Positions 50,065 through 64,000 of a DNA stretch of 64,000 bases are shown here, piece by piece (the first letter of the stretch is position 1; every line of letters starts with the position of its first letter). The position numbers and the translations under genes were made by a program. The notes under the pieces are model-generated. The model made no database searches. It saw only the letters and a program-made list of their open reading frames with translations, and had not been told where the DNA came from. The stretch covers positions 192,001 to 256,000 of the forward strand of contig CAWAUV010000007.1 in the NCBI GenBank assembly GCA_963785305.1. Direction: 5' to 3'. This DNA comes from an uncultured Planctomycetaceae bacterium (GTDB lineage: Bacteria > Planctomycetota > Planctomycetia > Pirellulales > PALSA-1355).

Positions 50065-51237
50065 GTAACTGTTAAGCATTTCCTCTTTCCCGAAATTGGG
50101 TTTTCGGTCACATTGACTGGATCATGAATGATCGAGATCGACGGATCGCCGAGTTGGAAGCGGAAATCGCCCGGTTGCAGGCGGAGAACGGAACGCTGCG
50201 CAAGCGCGTCGAGCAACTCGAGCAGCAAGTCCAAAAGTTTTTGCAGCGGCGCAAGAAAACCCGCTCGGCCGCCGATGCGCGGCGTGGCGAACAGGATCGC
50301 CGCCGCAAGCAGTTTCGCAAACATCCGGGCAGCTTTCGTCCAGAGCCGCCGCCCGGCCCAGCGCATATCGAAATACATAGTATTCATCGAACATGACGTG
50401 CATCCGCGAGAGTGTCCGCATTGCGGCGGCCACGATCTGACCGCCACCGGCGAGTTCGAAGAGCATGAGATGGCGGAGATTCCAGAGCCCAAGCTCGAAT
50501 GGTCATCGCAATCGGGCCGTGCTCGAGCGAGCGTTGGGCACATCGTTCGCGGGCACGCTGGTCAGCGATTTTTATGCGGTCTACAACCGGCTCGACTGCC
50601 GCAAACAGCGCTGCTTGGTCCATTTGCTTCGCGAGTTGCACAAGCTGCGCGAGACGTTGCCGGCGGCGAGCGTGCGGGCCTTCATCCAGCCGTTGATCAC
50701 GCTGTTTCAAGACGCGATCCGGTTGGGCCACGAGCGCAAGTCGCTCGGCAAAAAAGCTTTCAACGCGGCCCGACACGAGATTCAAAACCGTTTCGACACG
50801 TTGATGCTCGAGACGCGCGTGCGGCATCGCGAATGTTTGCGAATCTGGCGCCGGCTGTTCAAGCACTGCGACGAATTGTTCACCTTCCTCGACGATGCGA
50901 ATGTTCCGGCCGACAACAACGGAACCGAACGCGACATCCGAAGCCTGGCGGCGGCGAGAAATGATGGCGGCACGCATCGGACCGAATGGAGCGCGGCGGC
51001 GTTCGCCCGAATCAAGAGCGTGATCGCGACCGGCGCGAAAAACGGTTTGAGCTTCGCAAGGTATGGAATCGAAGTCGTGCGCGCTAAATTGCAAGGCAAG
51101 ACCCTGCCGCTGCCGATCACCAATAGCAGTTAAACCATCCGCCACGCGACCCATCCCCGGAAATTCCTCGCCCGCGATCCCCGCCAATATCGCCACCGCC
51201 CCCCCACGCCCAGGCCACGCCACGGCTTAACAGTTAC
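50065..51237 (+). mobile_element. IS66-family element, internally deleted, copy 2 (inverted relative to copy 1)
   Basis: Same 13-bp terminal inverted repeats; near-identical to 33722-34895. Confidence 0.9.
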
Positions 51238-51441
51238 ATACGAATGGCATGATGCCCAGGGCCGCTGGTTCCGGTCCCATGGAAACGAGTTGTGGGAATT
51301 CGACGAAACCGGCCTGATGCGCCGCCGCGAAGCATCGATCAACGACATCCCGATCTCCGCCGCCGACCGCCGCTTTCACTGGCCCGCCCCGGGCCCAAGA
51401 CCCGCCGATAATGCGGGCATCGACCCGGAGAGCGTTTGTTG
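51238..51441 (+). pseudogene. 3' fragment of a DUF1348 (NTF2-like) gene
   Basis: [36 protein letters not shown] begins at the IS66 end. Confidence 0.75.
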
Positions 51442-51516
51442 AGGTCGTTGCTCAGCCTGAAATGCCCGCGGCGAAACCGCGCGGCACCGCGTCTCGGGCG
51501 CGTTGTCGGGGCGTGG

Positions 51517-52569
51517 TTATTGCGCGTGCCCACGGTGCATGGTGATCGTGGTGGGCGCGGCGCGGAAAGCGAGCGTTTCCATCTGGGCGGGGTGGCCGAG
51601 CACCATCATGGTGTCGCCCATCTGCAGGATCGTCTCCGGTGGCGGCTCGCGGAGCATCGTGCCATCGAACCGATGGACGGCGATGATCAGATAGCCGCCA
51701 TGGCTTCCGCTTTCAATGCGGCCGATCTTCTGGCCGATCAGGCGGCTGGTCTTGCCGATCACATGTTCCTGAAGTTTGAGCCCCAGTTGTTCGAGCTCGT
51801 CGTTGAGAACCTGCCGACCCACGTCTTGCATCAGCAGCTCCTCGGCCGCCGGCCGGGCGATGAGGCTCGCGATCTTGGTGGCGCCGATCGCCGTGGGCAT
51901 TACCACGCGGCTGGCCCCCGAGCGGAGCAGCTTCTTTTCGGTGGCCGGGTTCTCGGCGCGGGCAATGATTTGCACCGTGGCGTTAAGCTCCCGCGCGGTC
52001 AGGGTGAGAAATACATTGGCGGCGTCGTCGGAGAGCACGCTGGCCACGGAACGCGCTCGCTCGATGCCGGCCCGCTTCAGCACCTCTTCGTCGGTGCAAT
52101 CGCCGACCATGACCAAATATCCCTGCTCCTCGGCCTCGCGGAGCGATTCGAGATTCGAGTCGATGATGACGAACTTTTGGCCAAACGCGAGCAGCTCCTT
52201 GGCGAGCTGTTGCCCCACGCGCCCGTAGCCGCAGAGAAGTGTGTGGCCGGTGAGTAGATGAATTCCCTTGGTCATGCGACGCGCTCCCAACACCCGATTG
52301 ATTTGCCCCTCGGCCAACATTTGCACGAATCCGCCAATGACATAGGCGGTGGAAGAACATCCGGCGACGATCACGAACATGGTGAACACGCGGAGCCGCG
52401 GGCTCATCTCGCCGACTTCGCCGAAACCGACGCCGAAGATCGTGATCGTGGTCATGTAAATGGCGTCGAGCGTCGACCATCCCGCCGACCAATACCCCGT
52501 GATCGCAATCAGCCAAGTGAGGCCGAAAAAGATCAGACCTCGCAGCATCGTTTTGAACGAGCTTTGCAT
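51517..52569 (-). CDS. Potassium channel protein with TrkA-N/TrkA-C (RCK) domains
   Basis: Two TM segments with pore motif TIFGVGFGEV, CGYGRVG, GDCT, IIARA. Confidence 0.9.
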   Translation of the reverse strand: MQSSFKTMLRGLIFFGLTWLIAITGYWSAGWSTLDAIYMTTITIFGVGFGEVGEMSPRLRVFTMFVIVAGCSSTAYVIGGFVQMLAEGQINRVLGARRMTKGIHLLTGHTLLCGYGRVGQQLAKELLAFGQKFVIIDSNLESLREAEEQGYLVMVGDCTDEEVLKRAGIERARSVASVLSDDAANVFLTLTARELNATVQIIARAENPATEKKLLRSGASRVVMPTAIGATKIASLIARPAAEELLMQDVGRQVLNDELEQLGLKLQEHVIGKTSRLIGQKIGRIESGSHGGYLIIAVHRFDGTMLREPPPETILQMGDTMMVLGHPAQMETLAFRAAPTTITMHRGHAQ

Positions 52570-53136
52570 AGTGCTCCGCGCGACCTCGACTTCGCCGCGC
52601 GGTAAAACGCGCGGGACGAACCCAAAAGCCTGAAACGCCGGCGCTGCCGCGAATCGTGCTCGCGGAAAACGTCCGACGACCTTGTTTCAACCGTACGATC
52701 TCCCTGCGTTTCGGCGCCGAAAGCAGGGACCGATCGGGTCGCCGCGGGGAACTTTTCCGAGCCGTGCCTCGTCCAAAGCGCTCGGAAAAGCGTTGTAGCG
52801 ATCGATTGCGAGCCTTGCATCTCGCGGTATCCAGCCTATCCCGGCGCCGCCGGGGAGTAAAGCGGCGCCGGAGGGCCAGCGGAAAACCGCAGTCAAAACG
52901 ACCGGAGATCCATTGTAACTCAACGCAAAATGCGTCGCCCGCGGTGAGCGGTCGGTGAGCGATTGGCGGCGGGACGGAGTTGGGCGTTCTTGCATGCCCG
53001 GCGAATGTGGAAGATGATAGAGCATTCGGGCGAATGCTTGGCGCCCGTCGGGCATTGTTTCCGCCGCATCGCGCCGCGGCGCGGCCCGACGATCGTTTCC
53101 CCACGCGCGCCCCAACCGCGCCGATCGCTGATTTCT

Positions 53137-56100
53137 ATGGCCGACCATTTTGACGCATACTACAAATGGCTCGGAATTCCCCCCGAGGAGCAGCCGCCGA
53201 ACCATTATCGGCTGCTCGGAGTGCGGACATTCGAGGCCGATATCGACGTCATCGCCAACGCGGCCGACCAGCGAATGACGCATGTTCGCACGTTTCAATC
53301 GGGCAAGCACGGCGCTCAATCGCAAAGCCTGCTCAACGAGATTTCAGCGGCGAAGCTGGCGCGATTGCATGCCGGCCGGAAAGCCGAGTACGACGTGAAA
53401 CTGCGAGGCCAACTCGCCGCCGCGGCGCCGCCGCAAATCTCCCCGCCGAACTCATGGCCGACCAGTCCTCCAGCGGTGGGCCCTCCGCCGGCAGTCATGG
53501 CCCCGCCTGGATTCATGGCGCCCGGAAGCATGGCCCCTCCCCGCGGAATCGCGCCGCCGCCGGGTCCATCGCCCATGGCGCGCCCCGTCGCTTATCCAGC
53601 GCCCGTGCAAGCGCCGCTGGGTCGCGCGCCGATCGTGACCGCCGCTCGGGCAATGCCCGCCGTGTCGACGGAGTCCGACGCGAACTTCGCCGAGTTGGGA
53701 CAAATCCAAGCCGACTCGATGCGCCGCCGGACGCGGCGAAAGAAAAAATCACCGCTCGGGCTCGTGTTCGTCATGCTCCTACTTGCCGCGGGCGCTGGCG
53801 CCGGCGCGTGGTGGTTCCTCGGCCAAAAGCCAATCGATTCGGCTTCGAGCGACTCCGGCGACTCAAAGCCCAAGCCCGGCGAGCCCACCGAGACAGAGCG
53901 AGCCGCCGCCGCGAGCGAAAAGGTCGCCGCGTCGCGAGAACCCGAGGCCGAAGCCTCCGGCGCCGGGGAAAGCCATCGAACGAACTCGGCTTCCGGCGGC
54001 GACGCGGAGAACCCCTCGCCCGAAAAGAAAACCGCCGAGGCAGTTCCCTCCGCGACGTCTCACGACGCCGCGGCCGCGCTGCTCGAGTATCTCAAAACCG
54101 TGGTCACGCGCGAGAACTTCGAGTCGACGGCGATCGTCGGCGCCGAGGAAGGCGATCACTTTAGCGACATTCATCGCGGGGCGATCCTGGTCGGAATGGA
54201 TTTGTATTTCGCGACGGAAAACGTGGATCGCCCCACATTATGTGGCGTGGCGGGCATTTTTCTCGGCGAAAAAGGAACGGTCTCGGGCCGGTTGCATGGC
54301 GCTACCGGCAACGCTCAAAAGAAAGCCAAATCGATCGCGCGGCCCGGCTATGCGCTGGCGGCCATCGATCTCGTCGCCAATGTCGAGCGCGTGGCGGCGA
54401 TTCAGCTCGAGTATCGTCAGATTGGCGATCGGACATTGAACCGGCAAAACGCCTACCGCTCCGTATGGCTGGGTGACGCCACGGGCGGCACGCCGACAAA
54501 ACTGGGCGGCGATGGTCGACCCGTGATCGGGCTCGCCGGATCGGCCGACGCGATGGGGCTCTACGGTCTCGGGCTCGTGTTGCCGCCCAAGCTGAAACCG
54601 GCCGACGAAAAAGCGCCTCGCAAAACACCCGGCGCCGAGAAATCGACTCGCCCCGCGGACAATAAAAACCCGACACCGCCCGGCAAAACCGAGACGAAAT
54701 CGGCGGCGATGAAACCAGCCTCGGCGAACGAAATTCCGGTGCTGGAGCCTCCGACGCCGACCTCTTCATTTACCGCCGCCCGGCGCGGCCGAATTGCCGC
54801 GGCCCGCGCCGCCCGGGTCCGAGGAGCGAGCCGAGGCGCTCAAGCGGATTCACGAATTGCTGAAAGTGCAATACGCCGAAGCCCGTTCCTCGGCGGCCGC
54901 CAAGAATCCCCAAAGCGATAAGCGCTTGGCCTTGGCCCAAAAACTGCGCGCGAGGCCGAGCTTACTCAAGACGACTCCACGATGCGCTATGTGCTCCAAG
55001 ACGAAGCTCGCAAGCAGATGATCGCGGCGGGCGATTCATCCCTGGCCATCGACATGATCGCCGCGATCTCCCAACATTACATGATCGACGAAGTTCCGTT
55101 GGCGCTCGAAACGCTCACCGCCTGCGAGAAAACGGCGCCTTCGCCCAGCGCCAAGATCCATCTGACCGAACAATGCCTGCACTGGCTCGACAAGGCCGTG
55201 CATCAGGGGCGGTTCGATGTCGCCGAGCAGTTCGAATCGCTCGCGGCCGAATCGGCCCGGGCCAGTCACGATAACCTGCTCGTGGCCCGAGTCGGCTGGC
55301 GGAAAGCCGCGCTCGCCAACCAGCGCCGCGCGCGACGAGGCCCAGGGGGCGATCATGCTTCTGGAGACCTCGCCCGACGATCCCGGAGCCAACACCGCCG
55401 CAGGCCGATATCGCGCGTTTGTCGAAGACGATTGGGCCGCCGCCTTGCCGATGTTGGCCAAGGGCGCGGATCCTCGACTGGCCGCGCTGGCGAAGGCCGA
55501 ACTGGACGAGCCAATCGAGCCGGCCGATCGTCTCAAGCTCGCCAATGGCTGGCTCGCCGCGGCTCAATCCGACGACCACTTCGCCGCCGAGTGCAAGCAA
55601 GAAGCCGGCAAATGGTTCCGGCTCGCGCTGCCGGAGTTGGCCGGCGTCACCCGGCTCGAAGTCGTCAAGAAGCTCGAGGGTCTGCTCGGCGAGCACGGAC
55701 TCACGGCCGAATACTTCGCCGGCTCGGCGTCGTTTGACCAGCCACTGCGCGTGGGCGTTGATCCGGCGATCGACATGAACTACGAAGCGTCGCTGCCCGA
55801 GGAAGTTTCGAGCAATCGATTCACCGCGCGCTGGTCGGGCTGGCTCGCCGCGCCGCCCAAGGCCGGCCAAGTGGCCCTCGTGCTGGAACACAACGCCGGC
55901 GCCCGGCTCTGGATCGATGGCAAGCTGGTGATCGACGCTTGGCAAGAGCCCGCGCGCATGAGTGCATCACCCAGTTTCCCGGCGGCAAGGCGCGGCGGCT
56001 GAAGATCGAATACTTCTCGGCCGGCGGAAAACATCCCGGCGTGCGACTGCGCGGTCGCAACGCGACGCGTTTGCCGAGCAGCCGATCGGGCCCGAAGCGC

Positions 56101-56168
56101 TCTACCAAGAACGCGCCGCCGGCGACAAAATCTATGCTCCGCTAAGCGTGCCGCTCGCCGGCCGCTGA
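53137..56168 (+). CDS. Large planctomycete membrane protein (Pro-rich, TM segment, C-terminal PA14-like), frameshifted
   Basis: FDAYYKWLGIPPEEQPPNHYRLLG N-terminus; FTARWSGWL...GARLWIDG; pieces in several frames. Confidence 0.7.
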
Positions 56169-56226
56169 TTGTCATGTCGAGCGACCGAGCAAACAACCGC
56201 GCGAGCCTGCAACCGCGCCGTGCCCG

Positions 56227-56822
56227 ATGGACTTTCCGCCCGTGTCGCACGAACTGATTCTCGCCAGCACCTCGACCGAGCGGCGGCGGCTATTGACCGA
56301 AGCCGGCTACCGCTTCACGATCGTGCCGCCCGCGGCCGGCGCCGAGTGTGGGGTGTGCAGCCGCGAGGCGCCCCCGCAATTCGCCGCGCGCATGGCCTAT
56401 CAAAAAGCGGCCGATGTCGCGGCCCGCGTCGAGCGGGGAATCATTCTTGCTTGCGACACCGTGGCCGAATGCGCGGGCCATGTTCTCGGCAAGCCAGCCG
56501 ATTCCGAGCATGCCCGCTGGATGCTCGAACTTCTCAGCGGGCGAGAGCACTATGTGCATAGCGGCCTGTGCCTCTGGCCTCGCCCAGGCGAGCCGCTTGG
56601 TCGCATCGCCACGAGCACGCTTCGCATGGCCCCGCTCGGCGCGGCGAGATCGACGCGTATCTCGCCACCGGCCTGTGGGAAGGCAAGGCCGGCGCCTTCG
56701 GCTTGCAAGACCGCCCAACTTGGCTGAAGATCGAATCCGGCAGCGAATCGAACGTGATCGGGCTGCCCTTGGAACTATTGGCCGAGATGCTCGCGGAAAT
56801 GCCTGGAAAGCCATGTCGATAA
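56227..56822 (+). CDS. maf: Maf-family nucleotide pyrophosphatase, frameshift near 56640
   Basis: LILASTS.ERRRLL, ACDTV, LGKP, GKAGAF, NVIGLP. Confidence 0.88.
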
Positions 56823-56868
56823 GACCGGCTCTTCCGTTTCCAAATGCAAGGCGCGAAGGGGCGCTTTC

Positions 56869-56966
56869 CGCTTCCAACTCGACTATCCGTCGATCTCGAT
56901 CATCCATGATCCCGTGAACGTGACCGAAAACTCGAAAACGGAAAAGAGGAATCGCTTAACGGTCAC
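56869..56966 (-). mobile_element. Degenerate left-end remnant of the same IS66
   Basis: Similar to 34798-34895; ends GCTTAACGGTCAC. Confidence 0.7.
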
Positions 56967-57291
56967 GGAGTAGCAGGCGGCAGCGCGGCATTGGAAACAA
57001 TGGCCAGCCTGGCTTGCGTTGTACCCTCTTCTTTCTTCTTCGTGTCAATCGACAGCGACGCGGATTACGCGCGAGCCGGGCGATGATTTTCTAGCGCCGT
57101 TTGTGAGCCAGGGCGAAGAATCTTGGACCCGTCGGGCGCAAGCTAAATCGCCGGGCCGGAGTTCATGTCCGGAGCCCTCGCGAACGTGTCGGGTTGTGAA
57201 CGAGGCGGGGTGGGGCGGCGCCTTTCATCACAACCCGAAGCTGTCGCGGCGTTGACTGACGCCGGCGCGCTTCGCACTGGCCCGCGCGGAT

Positions 57292-57717
57292 TTATCGCAC
57301 GCGCCGCGGATAATCCACCGGGGCGAGGAACCAATGGCGAACCGACGCGATCAGGCGACGCCATGCGCTGGGCGGCGTCGCGTACTTCGAGGTCCCGGCG
57401 GTTGCCGGCGGATCGGCAAACCATGTCGGGGTGGAAATTGACATTGGCTTTTGGGGCGTCGCGGCGACCTTGGCGTCGGCGACGAACTGGCGGAAGTCGT
57501 ATCGCAGGCTCACGCGCGGACCATCGTTCGAGAGGCCGGACACGTCGCGGAAGCGATATTCGGCCAAGCGGCCGACGCGCTCGGTTTCCTCGGGCAGGAG
57601 GATTTCTACCGTGTCGCAGCGCATCCGCACTCGCAACGCTTCGCCCGGCGTGACCGAGAGGATCGAACGCCATCCATCGCCCGGCCCGCCGATGAGCTCT
57701 AGTTGGAAATGTAACAT
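57292..57717 (-). CDS. Hypothetical protein downstream of kdpC
   Basis: GAGG SD; MLHFQLELIGGPGDG. Confidence 0.55.
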   Translation of the reverse strand: MLHFQLELIGGPGDGWRSILSVTPGEALRVRMRCDTVEILLPEETERVGRLAEYRFRDVSGLSNDGPRVSLRYDFRQFVADAKVAATPQKPMSISTPTWFADPPATAGTSKYATPPSAWRRLIASVRHWFLAPVDYPRRVR

Positions 57718-57875
57718 CGGAATACCTCGTCCACGGAAACGACGACGACGCCCGGCGGTGTCTCCGGCGGTTGGGCGGACCGAATCGCGGGGCGAGGGCT
57801 TTCGCCGCATCGCGCTCGGAGGCGGAATCCAATACTCCGCTGCCCTCGCCTACGTGTCGGGTCGGGATTGCGTGC

Positions 57876-58439
57876 TCACTCGTCGCGTTCGAGCGCCAAG
57901 TTGAGCGCCAGCACATTCACGCGCGGCTCGCCCAACAGGCCCAGGGCGCGGGACTCCGTGAATTGTTCGATTAGCTTCTCCACGGCCGCGGGGTCCATGT
58001 GCCTTGCCCGGGCCACGCGCGGAATCTGATATCGCGCCGAGGCGATGCTGATATGCGGATCGAGACCCGAGCCCGAGGCGGTCACCAGATCGACGGGCGC
58101 CGGCGCGGTGTTTTCCGGATCGGCCGCGCGGAGCGCCGCGAGCCGGCTATTCACGACCTCGATCAGCGCCGGATTCGTGGGGCCGAGGTTCGAGCCGCTG
58201 GAGGAAGCCGCGTTGTAACCTGCCGCCGAGGGGCGACCCCAGAAAAACCTCGGGTCGTCGAACGTTTGGCCGATCAACTCCGAGCCGACAATGTGGCCCT
58301 GGCGGTCTTCAATCAAACTGCCGTTGGCTTGTTTGGGAAACAAAAGCTGACCGATCCCCGTGATGGCCGCGGGATAGACCAGCCCCGTGATGAGCGTGAG
58401 CAACATGAAGATCATCAGTGCGGGACGCAGATGCGTCAT
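57876..58439 (-). CDS. kdpC: K+-transporting ATPase subunit C
   Basis: [43 protein letters not shown]. Confidence 0.96.
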   Translation of the reverse strand: MTHLRPALMIFMLLTLITGLVYPAAITGIGQLLFPKQANGSLIEDRQGHIVGSELIGQTFDDPRFFWGRPSAAGYNAASSSGSNLGPTNPALIEVVNSRLAALRAADPENTAPAPVDLVTASGSGLDPHISIASARYQIPRVARARHMDPAAVEKLIEQFTESRALGLLGEPRVNVLALNLALERDE

Positions 58440-58460
58440 GATCGATACTCCTCCGAGGAA

Positions 58461-60527
<2,067 letters not shown>

Positions 60528-60553
60528 GACGAAGTTGTCCTTAATAAGTCGGG

Positions 60554-62368
60554 TTATTTCGATGGCGCGGCCACGGGATGCTCGGATTCCGAGGGGCCGG
60601 CCGTCATTTGCAATTGTTCCACCACCGGCCCCAAGGCCAGCGCGGGAATGAAGGTGAGCGCGCCCACGATCACGACCATGCCGGCGAGCATCAACACGAA
60701 CAGCGGCCGGTGCGTCGGCAATGTGCCGGAGCTGGGCGGCGTGAGCTTCTTCCGCGCGAGAGCTCCCGCGATGGCCAAGGTGGGAATCGCCACCCAGAAG
60801 CGCGAGAGCAACATCTCGATTCCGAGCAGCGTGTTGTAAAACGGCGCATTGGCCGTGAGTCCGGCGAAGGCGCTGCCGTTGTTGTTGCCGGCCGACGAAC
60901 AGGCGTAGAGCACCTCGGTGAATCCGTGGGCGCCGGGATTGTTGAGGTTGCTTTTCATCTCGGTCGTGTCGGGCGCGCGATATTCGAGGCCGGGACCGAC
61001 CACGGCGATGGCCGTCGCTCCGAGCGAAAGCAGCGGCGGCACGAGGATAATGATCGCCGCCATTTTCATTTCGTAGGCTTCGATCTTCTTGCCCAAGTAT
61101 TCGGGAGTGCGGCCGACCATGAGTCCGGCGATGAACACGGTGATGATCGCGAAGACGAGCATTCCGTAGAGCCCGCTGCCGACGCCGCCGAAGATGATCT
61201 CCTCGAACTGGATCAACCACAGTGGCACGAGGCCGCCGATCGGAGTGAAGGAATCGTGCATCGAGTTGACGCTGCCGTTCGAAGCGGCCGTGGTGGCGGT
61301 GGCCCACAGGGCCGAGTTCACGATCCCGAACCGGGTTTCCTTGCCTTCCATGTTTCCGCCGGGCTGCGTGGGGCTGGCGGTTTGATCGATCTGGGCCGGG
61401 TCGAGCCGCGGATTGCCGGATTGCTCGGCCCAGACGCACACGCCCAAGAGCGGCGTGAAAATCAAATACATGACGGCCAGCACTGCCCATCCTTGACGGG
61501 TGTCGCCCACCATGACGCCAAACGTGTAGCACAGCGCCGCGGGAATCAGCAGAATCGCGAGCATTTCCAGGAAGTTGCTCAGCGGCGTGGGATTCTCGAA
61601 CGGATGGGCCGAGTTGACATTGAAAAACCCGCCGCCGTTGGTCCCGAGTTGCTTGATCGCCACCTGCGAAGCCACCGGACCCTGGGCGAGAGTCTGTTCG
61701 CTCACGATCGCTCCGGTCGCGTCTTTGGTCGGCGCGATCAGCCGGGCCGTGTCGTAGTCCTTGAAGTTCTGCGGCACGCCCTGCTGCATGAGCGCCAGCG
61801 CCAAGAGCGTCGAAAGCGGCAGCAGAATATAGAGCGTTGATCGGGTAAGATCGACCCAGAAGTTGCCGATCGTCTCGGCCGACCTTCGGGCGAGTCCTCG
61901 CGCGAAGGCCGCGAGAATGGCGATGCCAGCCGCCGCCGACACGAAGTTTTGCGTGGTCAGCGCCATCATTTGGTTCAGGTAACTGAGCGTCGACTCGCCG
62001 CCATAGCTTTGCCAGTTCGTGTTCGTGGCGAAGCTGCTGCTGGTGTTAAACGCCAAGTCGGGCGAGCAGCCCGGAAAATGCCGCGGATTGAGTAGCCCCA
62101 CGCCCTGCAACCGCTGCATGCCATACACCGCCAACAGGCACACGAAGCTGAACGTCATAAACGCCACGGCGTAGCGCTTCCAGCCCATCTCGCGCTGGGG
62201 ATCGATGCCCGCCGCGCGATAAATGCCCTGCTCGAGCCAGCCCAAGAGCCGCTCGACGCCCGGAGCGCGGCCTTCGAGCACCCGGGCCATGTACGCGCCG
62301 AGCGGCTTCACGAGCAAGCCGAGCACGATCAAATAGAAAGCAAGTTGAACAAACGCATTGATGGTCAT
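60554..62368 (-). CDS. kdpA: K+-transporting ATPase subunit A
   Basis: TNTNWQSYGGE, IKQLGTNGGGFF, SNGSVN, GRTPEYLGKKI, NNGSAFAG. Confidence 0.97.
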   Translation of the reverse strand: MTINAFVQLAFYLIVLGLLVKPLGAYMARVLEGRAPGVERLLGWLEQGIYRAAGIDPQREMGWKRYAVAFMTFSFVCLLAVYGMQRLQGVGLLNPRHFPGCSPDLAFNTSSSFATNTNWQSYGGESTLSYLNQMMALTTQNFVSAAAGIAILAAFARGLARRSAETIGNFWVDLTRSTLYILLPLSTLLALALMQQGVPQNFKDYDTARLIAPTKDATGAIVSEQTLAQGPVASQVAIKQLGTNGGGFFNVNSAHPFENPTPLSNFLEMLAILLIPAALCYTFGVMVGDTRQGWAVLAVMYLIFTPLLGVCVWAEQSGNPRLDPAQIDQTASPTQPGGNMEGKETRFGIVNSALWATATTAASNGSVNSMHDSFTPIGGLVPLWLIQFEEIIFGGVGSGLYGMLVFAIITVFIAGLMVGRTPEYLGKKIEAYEMKMAAIIILVPPLLSLGATAIAVVGPGLEYRAPDTTEMKSNLNNPGAHGFTEVLYACSSAGNNNGSAFAGLTANAPFYNTLLGIEMLLSRFWVAIPTLAIAGALARKKLTPPSSGTLPTHRPLFVLMLAGMVVIVGALTFIPALALGPVVEQLQMTAGPSESEHPVAAPSK

Positions 62369-62457
62369 GCAAACCACTCCGGCTCGAGCAGGGCAACGAG
62401 CAAATAAGCAAAGAGTCCCGCGGCAACGGTGGCCGAACACAAATACACGCCGTTCAT
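62365..62457 (-). CDS. kdpF: K+-transporting ATPase subunit F
   Basis: MNGVYLCSATVAAGLFAYLLVALLEPEWFA; ATGA overlap with kdpA. Confidence 0.9.
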   Translation of the reverse strand: MNGVYLCSATVAAGLFAYLLVALLEPEWFA

Positions 62458-62546
62458 GGCGCCCCTCCCAATCGACTGCAAAGACGCACCAGGCCGAGCG
62501 AGAGCGCGAACGTCGCGATCAAGAGGCCGAGGTAAACAAGATCCAT
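62454..62546 (-). CDS. 30-aa hydrophobic peptide coupled to kdpF
   Basis: GGGAG SD; MDLVYLGLLIATFALSLGLVRLCSRLEGAP; ATGA overlap with kdpF. Confidence 0.75.
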   Translation of the reverse strand: MDLVYLGLLIATFALSLGLVRLCSRLGGAP

Positions 62547-62623
62547 GGTCAGTGCTCCCGTAAAATTCGATTCGTGTTCGGCCGAAATTCGGCCGCCGCT
62601 CGCGATCGGCGCCGGCGATTCCG

Positions 62624-63159
<536 letters not shown>

Positions 63160-63311
63160 CGGAATTCGGAGGCTGGCGGGCGGCGCTGCCCGTGGGGCGA
63201 GGCTTGTCGGGCGACCCGATTTGCGTCAGGATTGACATCTAACCGCAATCGCGGGAACCGCTTGCGCATGGCGCGAAGCGTCCCGTGAAATGTCGCCAGC
63301 ACCGAGGATCC

Positions 63312-64000
63312 ATGAGCCACGACCCCACCGATCAATCGCTTTGGACCGCCGTCGATCAATACATCTCGGAGCGAGCCGTGCGTCCCGACGCCGCGCTCGA
63401 CGCCGCATTGGCCGATAGCGCCGCCGCTGGATTGCCGGCCATCAATGTCGCGCCGAACCAAGGCAAGCTCTTGATGCTGCTCGCCCGACTTTGCGGCGCG
63501 CGCTCGATTCTTGAAATCGGAACGCTCGGCGGCTACAGCACGATTTGGCTGGCCCGAGGGCTCGCGCCGGGCGGTCGCCTCACGACGCTCGAAGCCGAAG
63601 CGCGGCATGCCGAAGTGGCGAGAGCGAATATCGAGCGGGCGGGCTTGTCGCCCGTGGTCGAACTGCGACTGGGACCCGCCTTGGAAACATTGCCGAGATT
63701 GGCCGAGGAAGGGCGGGGACCGTTTGATTTCATTTTCATCGACGCCGACAAACCGCCGACCGCCGATTACTTCGATTGGGCGATTCGGCTCGCGCGGCCG
63801 GGCAGCTTGATCGTGGTCGACAATGTAGTTCGCCGCGGAGCGATTGCCCGCGACCCGGCGAGCCTAGGACCGGACATCTCGGCCGAGGAGCAGGCCAACG
63901 TCGCGGGCGTGAAGCGCTTCCATGAGCTGCTCGCGACCGATTCGCGCGTGACCGCCACGGCGATCCAAACCGTGGGCCAAAAGGGCTACGATGGTCTGGC
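63312..64000 (+). CDS. SAM-dependent O-methyltransferase (family 3), truncated at window edge
   Basis: NQGKLL, ILEIGTLGGYSTIWLA, FDFIFIDADK, IVVDNV. Confidence 0.9.
   Translation, partial: MSHDPTDQSLWTAVDQYISERAVRPDAALDAALADSAAAGLPAINVAPNQGKLLMLLARLCGARSILEIGTLGGYSTIWLARGLAPGGRLTTLEAEARHAEVARANIERAGLSPVVELRLGPALETLPRLAEEGRGPFDFIFIDADKPPTADYFDWAIRLARPGSLIVVDNVVRRGAIARDPASLGPDISAEEQANVAGVKRFHELLATDSRVTATAIQTVGQKGYDGL

Noticed and set aside
33714..51245. Composite transposon or past inversion defined by IS66 target duplications
   Set aside because: The flanks TGCCAATC, GCACCGAG, TGTCGGAG and ATACGAAT do not match in any direct or reverse-complement pairing.

Overview
GC-rich bacterial chromosome segment, very likely from a Planctomycete (DUF1580, a DUF1559-like gene, planctomycete-type cytochrome c/PA14 and sulfatase genes). 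From left to right: (1) one end of a prophage or phage-satellite-like element integrated at tRNA-Asp (integrase, DUF1580 HTH, primase-polymerase/helicase, iteron-like origin, Zn-ribbon regulator, virion-like genes running off the window); (2) core genes: fliA, flhG, flhF and flhA divergent from dnaA, dnaN, dciA and gyrB, with a candidate oriC; (3) a broken VapBC module, FAD monooxygenase, multiheme cytochrome c and oligoendopeptidase F; (4) a mobile hotspot at about 31.7-43.3 kb next to tRNA-Ser, with IS1380, an IS630 remnant, a deleted IS66, a RAYT remnant and two near-identical inverted group II introns, both inserted right after the same GGGGTCAGG REP-like motif and bracketing an RHS toxin/immunity cassette; (5) sulfatase, diguanylate cyclase, CotH protein, tRNA-Ala, a second IS66 copy, K+ channel, Maf, and a PII gene heading a kdpFABC operon. 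Many core genes carry frameshifts that look like long-read assembly errors. All family assignments come from motif recognition by eye; no database searches were run.
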